DNA of 43,249 nucleotides, taken from the NCBI GenBank assembly GCA_046051915.1, contig JBJONI010000357.1:1-43249 (forward strand), given 5' to 3'. How positions within the stretch are numbered: the first letter of the stretch is position 1; the number at the start of each line of letters is the position of its first letter. A program made the translations under genes and the position numbers. Source of the stretch: Pseudomonadota bacterium (lineage in GTDB: Bacteria > Myxococcota_A > UBA796 > GCA-2862545). The notes under the pieces were generated by a model that was not told the origin of the DNA, searched no databases, and saw only the letters and a program-made list of their open reading frames with translations. This document shows, piece after piece, positions 33,651-40,774 of the stretch.

Positions 33651-34598
33651 TCAGGCCTTGCCGGGATCGACGGTCGCCTGAAGCTCTTCGACCGCGCGGT
33701 CCAACGCGGGCAGGCAACGCTCAAACTGCTCGAACCACCGCTGCCATTCGCGGTCGTCGTGGTGCGGCTCCGGTCGCCGATCGTCGAGCGCCCGCACCAA
33801 CTCCGCGACTTGCTCGAACCGATCGGTCAACGCGCGCACGGCGTCGGCATCGTAAAACCCGCGCGCATGGCCGACGAGAGAGCCCGCAGCCCGGTACAGC
33901 ACGCGGTCCGACGTACCCTCCTCCAACAGCACGAACTCTGCGGCAACCACCGCAGCGTAGAAGCCGAACGACGCCACGTCCAACTCCTGAAGGACGGCGG
34001 TGCGGTAGACCAGCGTGAGCGCGCGACGGCTGCGATCGACGAAGCGCAGGACCATCGGCTTGAGCGCGGACTCTGCCGCCCGCGCCACCCGTCCCGCGCG
34101 CGGCACCGGCACCGCCAGCTTCGCCATCCGTCCCAAGCGCACCCGAAGGTGGGCGAGCGCGACGCCATCCTCGATCTCCTCGTCCGCCGGCACCAGACGC
34201 GGCTGGATGCGTTCCACCGCCCGCGCGCTCTGCGGCTGGTCGCTCGTGTCAAACACGGGTCGCAGCGCCAGCGGATCGAGTGGCTCGTCGCGCACGAGCC
34301 ACAGCGTGTAGTCCCCATCGGTGCCTTGCTCTTCCAGGGGCACCACGCGATCGGACGCCAGCCGGATCCCTTGACCACGCGCGGTCAGCCCAAACCCGGC
34401 ACGAACACGCGCCTCGTAGCGGTCGAGCGTCTGCACGAGCTCGACGCCGAGCCCTTGCACGACACCATGGCCGTGGAGGAAGTGGGCGTGACGCTCCAGC
34501 GCGCGGCGATGGAAACTCTGCTCGACGATGAGGTCAGCAGCCGTCAAGCACAAGCCCTCAAACGGGCGGAGGCGAACGAGCGGTTCGTCGTGGGCCAT
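33651..34598 (-). CDS. Hypothetical protein (315 aa), CIS-operon member of unknown function
   Basis: ATG 34598 overlaps the upstream TGA (TGATG junction). The sequence is MAHDEPLVRLRPFEGLCLTAADLIVEQSFHRRALERHAHFLHGHGVVQGLGVE... followed by a helical C-terminal half. Third-codon positions are GC-rich. I can name no family. Confidence 0.7.
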   Translation of the reverse strand: MAHDEPLVRLRPFEGLCLTAADLIVEQSFHRRALERHAHFLHGHGVVQGLGVELVQTLDRYEARVRAGFGLTARGQGIRLASDRVVPLEEQGTDGDYTLWLVRDEPLDPLALRPVFDTSDQPQSARAVERIQPRLVPADEEIEDGVALAHLRVRLGRMAKLAVPVPRAGRVARAAESALKPMVLRFVDRSRRALTLVYRTAVLQELDVASFGFYAAVVAAEFVLLEEGTSDRVLYRAAGSLVGHARGFYDADAVRALTDRFEQVAELVRALDDRRPEPHHDDREWQRWFEQFERCLPALDRAVEELQATVDPGKA

Positions 34599-35722
34599 CA
34601 AACACTCTCATCAAAGCGGAGGGTAAACGCGACATGGGCCGGCCGTTCGTGGCTGACGACGTCGGCGATGCGGCGCAGGACATGCTCCGCGCGCTCGCCG
34701 AACCGGCCGCGAAACGCATCCGCGGGCTCGAGGAGCAGCACGAAGAAGTCGGTGTCGGCGTGGGCCTCTGGGGCGACCAGGAAGCACGCTTGTGCCTCGC
34801 GGCGGTGGTATCGGCCCACGACGTCCTCACCGCCGACGAGGTGGGCTCGCCCCAACGCCATCGGCGCCGGCCGCTGCCGCTCGCGCGCGCGCACGGGCGC
34901 CGTCGTGAGGACTTCGACCATCTCCTCGACGCCCACCCGGGTGCCGCGGGTTCGGTACAGGCGGATCGCGCGACGCACCAGCTCGCGCTGCTGATGAAGG
35001 GGCAAGCTCGCATCGAGGTCGAACCCCACCCAACTCGCGAGCCACGGCAGAAACTTCGGGGCGCACGCCAACGGATCGGTGAGGTCGGCCAGCCCGTCGA
35101 GGGTGTCGGTGACCGTCGTGTGCTGGTGCTGCAGCAAGAACAGGAAGCGGCGCAGCGGGTGGGCGTCGACGTCACGCTCCTCGGAGCGGCGGTCGAGCGC
35201 CGTGCCGCCAACCCGCGCGAGCTGCGTCGAGGTGACCGTCTCGACCTCACGGATCGCGACGGGCCCCTCACCAGAGAACAACGCCGGGAGAAACCTAAGG
35301 TATCCGCGAACAGGAACAACCAGAACGAGCCGATCTTGGGCTTCTAGCGCGCCAAGACGGCCCGCCGGCCCGTCGACCACGGGCCGCATGCGCACCAGGG
35401 CGTCAGGGACGAAGAAGCTCGCAGGCTGGCCGTTCGCGAGCTCGCGCTCCGCACGAATCACGCTCACCTGACCGCTCGCGGCGTGATGCACTTCCACGGC
35501 GCGTACGACACCCGGTCGCTCCCCACGCCCGAGCTCCACGAGCCGGTAGCTCACGGGGTTGCCCACCGCGCGCTGCAAGTGCAGGCGCGCGGAACGCACC
35601 GAGAGCCGCGCCGTCACGACCGCCGCGAGGCGCGCCAGATCCCCCTGCCCGACCGCGAGCGCGGTGCGTTCCGAGGTGGGCGACGGCGAGGCCGGCCCGA
35701 CGAGCATGCGCCGGCGCTTCAC
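34598..35722 (-). CDS. Baseplate protein, P2 gpI-like 'phage tail protein' domain (Afp12-like position)
   Basis: The sequence YLRFLPALFSGEG.......HPLRRFLFLLQHQHTTVTDTLDGLADLTDPLACAPKFLPWLASWVGFDLDASLPLHQQRELVRRAIRLYRTRGTRVGVEEMVEVL...ERPAHVAFTLRF fits the family pattern (YLPxiY...FLxRFL...fDPxxAPxxFLxWLAxWxG...rRxLi..a..lyr.RGT..Gl...kPAHT). GTG 35722 overlaps the Baseplate-J TGA (GTGA). The alternative start is ATG 35707. Confidence 0.8.
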   Translation of the reverse strand: MKRRRMLVGPASPSPTSERTALAVGQGDLARLAAVVTARLSVRSARLHLQRAVGNPVSYRLVELGRGERPGVVRAVEVHHAASGQVSVIRAERELANGQPASFFVPDALVRMRPVVDGPAGRLGALEAQDRLVLVVPVRGYLRFLPALFSGEGPVAIREVETVTSTQLARVGGTALDRRSEERDVDAHPLRRFLFLLQHQHTTVTDTLDGLADLTDPLACAPKFLPWLASWVGFDLDASLPLHQQRELVRRAIRLYRTRGTRVGVEEMVEVLTTAPVRARERQRPAPMALGRAHLVGGEDVVGRYHRREAQACFLVAPEAHADTDFFVLLLEPADAFRGRFGERAEHVLRRIADVVSHERPAHVAFTLRFDESV

Positions 35723-38700
35723 GCGCGTTCCTCCGCCCATCGGATCCGAACCTCGCGAACGAGGAACAGGTCGACACCAGGCAGCGAGAGGATCGCATCT
35801 CCCGGAGAGGTCTCCCAGCCCGGCGGCGGCACGCGTCCTCCTTGCAGGGTCGGAGCGACGGGGAACAGGCGAACGTCCACCACGTGCCGGACCTCTGGCA
35901 CCGCGAGCACGAGACGACCAAAGTCGGCCGCGAACACCGTCGCGCCGAAGGGCCAACCCTCCCCGTCTAGACCACCCGCCCACGGGTCGAGGAACGTCCT
36001 GACCCAAGCCTGTGCCGCTTCGCGCGCCGCCACCACGTCCGCGTGGGCGCGCAGCCGCACGTCGAGGCTGACATCGACCGCCTGGAACGTCGCGAGGCGG
36101 ACCTTGGGCCGCACATTGACGAGGCAGCGCCGCTGGACGTAGTGCTGGACATGGTCCAACAACCCGGCGGAGAGGAACGGATCCGGCAGCGCCTCATGGG
36201 CGCGCTTACGCGGAAGGATCACGACCTCGATGCCCCCGTCCGCGCCCACCGACCCGACGCACGCGGCGCGTGCAACCTCCGGACTCGCCTCGGTCGCGAT
36301 CACCTCGAAGTCCTTGCGGGTCACCGCCCGGTCGCGGCTGGTGAGCACCGACGGCGCGCGCCGCACGATCTCGTCGACCGTCTCGGCGTCGCGTCCCCCC
36401 ACGGCGGGCAGGAGGTTGATCACGTCGACGACATCGGCAAAGCCTTCACTGAGCGCGATCTCCGCGGCAGCTACGTTACCCGCCGCTCCCGGGATCACGT
36501 GGTACGACGCCACGGTCACGTTGAACGTCCCGATCGGGAGGATCCTGCCACGGATGCCGTTGCCGAAGGTGAGCGTACCGTCGACGGCGTCGACGACGAA
36601 GACCCGGTCGTCCTTGCTGGCGGCCGCGAAGCTGTTCCCGGGCGCGACGCGCCAAGCACGAGGCTGCGCCTCGCCCTCATCAACCCAGACCGCCAGATCG
36701 GTCGTCCGGTCACGGGCCACGTCGGACGCGTCCGGCAGCCAAAGCGGCTGGTGGCGCAGGTGGACGACTTGCCCTGGGATCCCCTCGCCGCTGAACTTTT
36801 CCATCCGGAAGCCGTGGAGATTTCGGGCTTCCACGGTGTTCGGCAGCAGATGGGTCACGGGCGGCAGCACAGGGAACCGCCCCTCGGCGACCCGGAACAA
36901 CCCGCGCAACCACACGCCCTCTGGCGCCGGTCGCATCGGCTGGTCGAGCGAGAAGGTGAGGCTGCCGCTGCGATCCATCCGCCAGGCGCCTGCGCTCTCA
37001 TCCGCCGTGCCGCTGGTCAGCCGTGTCCAACGCCGAACCCCTGGGGTCGGCTCCTGCAGCAGCTCCCAATGGACCGAGAACCCCTGCGGGAGCCACGTCT
37101 CGCCGGCCTGCAGAAACATCGTGTGCAGGCGGCTCCCGACAGGCAGGGGCCGGTCAAAACGCAGGTACAGCGCGCGGTGGCCGCCGTCAGGATCCTCGAT
37201 CGCGATCTGGGGGTCGAAGGGAAGCGTGGAGGCGACATCGCCGTCGAGGCGCCGCAGCAAGCGCGTGAAGCGACGGTTCGCGGGGCGGTGCTCCACCGCA
37301 ACGACGCGGGTTCCGGGGAGCGGCTCGTCGTAGACCTGCGCGCCCGGGATGCGTTCGAGGCTGATCCGTGCGTCATGGACGCGAAGCGTCACGGCCGAGG
37401 GCGGGGCGGTGGGCTCGGTCTGGTACGACAGCGCCGCGCGGGTGAGCTCGATGCGCAGCCAGCAGGTGGTACGTTGGCCGACCTCGGTCGGCGCGATGCC
37501 GGGGAGGTGTTCGGCAGGGTCGAGCGCCAGACGCAGCCGCCGACGCTCCGCGAGCGGTGCGCCGTCCGGGTCGAGATCGGCGAACGTGAAGCGCGCGAGA
37601 TCGAGGTCGCCGACCTGCACCGTCTGCCAGCCCGCAGCCGTCCGGTACGTCAGTTGCAAGTGGTAGTCGCCGTCGGGCTCCGCGACGATCTCCCCGTCCC
37701 GCTCGAACGCGATGTCGAGTTCGATCAGCACGGGCTCCCGGCGGCGGTTCGCTAGGAGGTCACTGCCGAGGAAGAACTTCATACCGAGCAACGCCGGCAG
37801 CGTCGGCAGCGGTTGGAACGGGGTCACCGGCAGCTCGCCGGCGAGGATCTCGCTCGCAGCGGAGACCTCGGGTCCCCACGCGAGGAACACATCGGCCGGA
37901 CGCTGCCACACGGCGTCGATCCGCAGCGCCGGAAGGACCCCGAGCAAATCCACGCTCTCGCGACGCTCCGCCCGCAGGTTGAACCCGTCCGCCGCGAGAT
38001 CGAGGAGCGGCCCCGTGAGCACGAACGACGCGCCGACCTGTTCCACCGCGCCGGCTGGCACCGGCTCCCAGGTGTCGCCGCGCCGCCACGACCAAGCGTA
38101 GTGCGGGAAGACGCCCTCCCGCCCCAGCCGCAGTCCGTGGTCGACCAGCGTAAAGCGAAGCGTCCAGCCCGGCCGAAGCGGCGGCACATTGGGGACGAAG
38201 AACTCGAGCGTACGACCCACGGCACGAACCTGCCAGCTCGTGATCTCGTGCTCCTCGCCGCCGCGATCGTCGCGCCACGTGATCGTCAGCTCGCCCTCTT
38301 GGCCCATCAGGTCCGCGAGCCAACGCTCCATGTCGAGTCGGCCCCGAATCCATCCCTGCTGCGGCAGGTCGTCCGGCCAGGGGATCGCGTCGTCCACCGC
38401 CCCCAGCTGCGTGATCGGCGCCATCCACGGGAGTTCCGCTGCAAGCAGCGGCTCTGGCAGGCCCATCACCTCGCCGGGCGGCTCGGGGAAGGGCGCGATC
38501 GGCGTCCAGCCTTCGCCGTCCAAGCGGGGATACTCCCAAGCAAACAACCCCGCGACGGGGAGGCCGACCGCGCCGTCGTCGCCGACCTCGAGGACCGACC
38601 GAAGCCGAAGGGCGCCACCCGGGCCCTCGCCGGCGTCGACCCGTCCCATCCGCAGGAAGTCGTCGTGGCGCAGGTAGATCCAATGATCCGGGGTGTAGCT

Positions 38701-39246
38701 TTGCGGACCGTCCCGAGAAGGATCGAGGTCGAGCAGCGACAGCCCGCGTTCGCCAAAGCGGAGGGCACCGCTCCCCTCGTCGAACACGTCCCACGCGATC
38801 TCGCGCGACATCGGCTGGGGCCCGGCGGCGACGGCGACAATTCGGTCGACGCGCGCCCCATGCACGCTCACCGGCTCGGCGGTGAGGAAGTGCAGCGCAT
38901 CCCCGCCTTGACGTTGCCGCGTCGAGCAACGCTCCGAGGCGGGAAGTTCGACGACGGCCGTGTCGGGTTGGCGAAGCGAGAAGGTCAGCGGGACGACCGC
39001 AGGCCGCGCGTTGCGCCGCTCCTCGCCAATGAAGTTCAGGAAGTGGACGTAGGTCTTATCGGGCACCCGATTCAGACGGTACAACGTCATTTCCGTCATC
39101 CAAGCGAACAACTGGACCAGCGTCATGCCCGGGTCGCTGTCGCCCAGGTGCGTCCACTCGGGACAATACTGGGGGATCAGCGCGCGAGCCTCGCGCACCA
39201 GGTCGTCGTAGCTGCGGTCGTCGAGGCGTGGAGGCTGAATCGGCAT
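35719..39246 (-). CDS. Baseplate J-like 'putative baseplate assembly protein' (Afp11/gp6-like), 1175 aa
   Basis: MPIQPPRLDDRSYDDLVREARALIPQYCPEWTHLGDSDPGMTLVQLFAWMTEMTLYRLNRVPDKTYVHFLNFIGEE is the hallmark N-terminus of this family. The C-terminal Baseplate_J region reads ...VTVASYHVIPGAAGNVAAAEIALSEGFADVVDVINLLPAVGGRDAETVDEI. Confidence 0.9.
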   Translation of the reverse strand: MPIQPPRLDDRSYDDLVREARALIPQYCPEWTHLGDSDPGMTLVQLFAWMTEMTLYRLNRVPDKTYVHFLNFIGEERRNARPAVVPLTFSLRQPDTAVVELPASERCSTRQRQGGDALHFLTAEPVSVHGARVDRIVAVAAGPQPMSREIAWDVFDEGSGALRFGERGLSLLDLDPSRDGPQSYTPDHWIYLRHDDFLRMGRVDAGEGPGGALRLRSVLEVGDDGAVGLPVAGLFAWEYPRLDGEGWTPIAPFPEPPGEVMGLPEPLLAAELPWMAPITQLGAVDDAIPWPDDLPQQGWIRGRLDMERWLADLMGQEGELTITWRDDRGGEEHEITSWQVRAVGRTLEFFVPNVPPLRPGWTLRFTLVDHGLRLGREGVFPHYAWSWRRGDTWEPVPAGAVEQVGASFVLTGPLLDLAADGFNLRAERRESVDLLGVLPALRIDAVWQRPADVFLAWGPEVSAASEILAGELPVTPFQPLPTLPALLGMKFFLGSDLLANRRREPVLIELDIAFERDGEIVAEPDGDYHLQLTYRTAAGWQTVQVGDLDLARFTFADLDPDGAPLAERRRLRLALDPAEHLPGIAPTEVGQRTTCWLRIELTRAALSYQTEPTAPPSAVTLRVHDARISLERIPGAQVYDEPLPGTRVVAVEHRPANRRFTRLLRRLDGDVASTLPFDPQIAIEDPDGGHRALYLRFDRPLPVGSRLHTMFLQAGETWLPQGFSVHWELLQEPTPGVRRWTRLTSGTADESAGAWRMDRSGSLTFSLDQPMRPAPEGVWLRGLFRVAEGRFPVLPPVTHLLPNTVEARNLHGFRMEKFSGEGIPGQVVHLRHQPLWLPDASDVARDRTTDLAVWVDEGEAQPRAWRVAPGNSFAAASKDDRVFVVDAVDGTLTFGNGIRGRILPIGTFNVTVASYHVIPGAAGNVAAAEIALSEGFADVVDVINLLPAVGGRDAETVDEIVRRAPSVLTSRDRAVTRKDFEVIATEASPEVARAACVGSVGADGGIEVVILPRKRAHEALPDPFLSAGLLDHVQHYVQRRCLVNVRPKVRLATFQAVDVSLDVRLRAHADVVAAREAAQAWVRTFLDPWAGGLDGEGWPFGATVFAADFGRLVLAVPEVRHVVDVRLFPVAPTLQGGRVPPPGWETSPGDAILSLPGVDLFLVREVRIRWAEERA

Positions 39247-39249
39247 ACG

Positions 39250-39636
39250 TCACCCGCCCGTCGAGACGTCGAGGTTCATGACCTGTTCCTGGTTCGACGA
39301 TCGAACCCGGTAGCGCACGTCGACCGCGATGCGGCCCTGAGCCGTGGCCTCCGCTTTGACGTCGACCACATCGATCCGTGGCTCCCAGCGCTCGAGGGCG
39401 GACCGAACATGGTAGGCCACCAAGCTCGCGTTCGCCGACGTGTTCGGGGTGTACAACAGCTCATGGATGCGGCATCCAAAGTCAGGCATCTTCTGCCGTT
39501 CCCCGGGACGCGTCCCGAGGATGATCGACATCGATTCCCGGATGTTGTCCTCCGCAGAGGACAACGCCAGCCCGCCCGTCGCGGGGTCGAAGGCGAAGGG
39601 AAACGCCACGCCACGACCCAAGAAGTCTCGGTTCAC
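39250..39636 (-). CDS. GPW/gp25-family baseplate wedge protein (Afp9-like)
   Basis: MNRDFLGRGVAFPFAFDPATGGLALSSAEDNIRESMSIILGTRPGERQKMPDFGCRIHELLYTPN......VRSALERWEPRIDVVDV fits the gp25 pattern (iLxTxxGERxMxPxFGxxl..l.F.p...WEPRi). The start is GTG. The stop lies 3 nt before the Baseplate-J ATG. Confidence 0.9.
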   Translation of the reverse strand: MNRDFLGRGVAFPFAFDPATGGLALSSAEDNIRESMSIILGTRPGERQKMPDFGCRIHELLYTPNTSANASLVAYHVRSALERWEPRIDVVDVKAEATAQGRIAVDVRYRVRSSNQEQVMNLDVSTGG

Positions 39637-39745
39637 GATCGCCTTCGTGGCCCGCCGTGCTCACCGCTCGGATCGCGCCACCCCGGTTGTACCACAGGCG
39701 GCCACCTCCGGCGCAAGCGACGCGCACCGAGGCGCCCCGGATCGC

Positions 39746-40774
39746 TCAGGTCGGCATCGTGTTCGAGCAGAACTGGAACTCGGTGGCGTAGCCGCGGCGG
39801 ATCTCGAAGAAGTGACGGCTCCCGACGACGTACACCTCGGGGTTGAACCCCGTGGGGTGCCCCTGGAAGCGCACCTTGGTGCCGGCATGGATCTCCGCGT
39901 TCCCGTCGACGCGCGCGCTCCCTCGCAGGAAGTTCCGCGCGGCTCGATTCAGCTCCGCCGCGGCGATCTCCTTCGCCGACCCCTGCGTGTGGTGCGTGAC
40001 GTCGGTCACGTGGCTCGTGCCCTGCCAGATCTGCGACGCGACCGACACAGCACTCCGGCCCCCGCCGATCTTCTCGACGTCGCCATCGCCAGCCGTGCCC
40101 TCGACCTTGTCCTTTTGGCCGTAGTCCCACCCGGTCGTCTTGATCTCCGCGGGCATCCCGACCGCGTTCATCTCGTAGTCGAGGTCCTCGAGCGCATCGG
40201 TGCTGACCACGGTGCTTCGGCCGCCAAACTGGGGTTTCACAAAGTCAATCCTCCCCTCGTTCGCCATCAGCAAGTAGCCGTTGCGACCGGCGAGCCGCTT
40301 CATGAACTCGAGATCGGACTCGTTGCGCTGCGTGATGTGATCGTTCTTTTGGGCCGTGCTGTCGATCTTGCCGACCTTCAGCCCAGCGCGGCCGAGCACC
40401 TTGCGGACGATGTCGGCGTCGGTCATCTTCTCGTACGTCTCGGTACGACGGCTGGCGCTGGCCTTGATCAACGGGTCCATCGCCATGACGGTCATCACCT
40501 CACGGCCTTGCTTGTAGCTGTGTCGCATGCCCGTCACGACGCCGACGAACATCTTGCGCTGCGTCTGGCCGACGGAGACTTCGACGTCCGACCCGATCTG
40601 GATCGACGACCAAGCGCCATGGTCGAGGTTGAGGCAGATGCGGGCCACGCCGATCACGTCGACGTGGTCCTCGACCATGAGGTACTCGAGGCCGGCGTTC
40701 TCGGCTTGGGAGTACGTCTTACCGCCCACGGTCGCGGTGAACCGGTAGGCCTCGTGGCGGGGAGGCGCGCTCAT
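39746..40774 (-). CDS. Phage late control gene D (gpD)/VgrG-N-like baseplate hub, 342 aa, no spike domain
   Basis: The sequence ...LEYLMVEDHVDVIGVARICL.......VEVSVGQTQRKMFVGVVTGMRHSY.......MDPL......RRTETYEKMTDADIVRKVLGRAGLKVG.IDST......ITQRNESDLEFMKRLAGRNGYLLMANEG...F.....GNAEIHAGTKVRFQGHPTGFNPEVYVVGSRHFFEIRRGYATEFQF is typical of Phage_GPD. The ATG overlaps the upstream TGA (ATGA). Confidence 0.9.
   Translation of the reverse strand: MSAPPRHEAYRFTATVGGKTYSQAENAGLEYLMVEDHVDVIGVARICLNLDHGAWSSIQIGSDVEVSVGQTQRKMFVGVVTGMRHSYKQGREVMTVMAMDPLIKASASRRTETYEKMTDADIVRKVLGRAGLKVGKIDSTAQKNDHITQRNESDLEFMKRLAGRNGYLLMANEGRIDFVKPQFGGRSTVVSTDALEDLDYEMNAVGMPAEIKTTGWDYGQKDKVEGTAGDGDVEKIGGGRSAVSVASQIWQGTSHVTDVTHHTQGSAKEIAAAELNRAARNFLRGSARVDGNAEIHAGTKVRFQGHPTGFNPEVYVVGSRHFFEIRRGYATEFQFCSNTMPT

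Noticed and set aside
36043-39846. Plus-strand ORFs 36043..37755 (570 aa), 36230..37333, 37813..39846 (677 aa) and the minus alternative frame 37760..38929
   Set aside because: They are antisense or shifted frames of the Baseplate-J and gp25 genes, whose translations match known families end to end.
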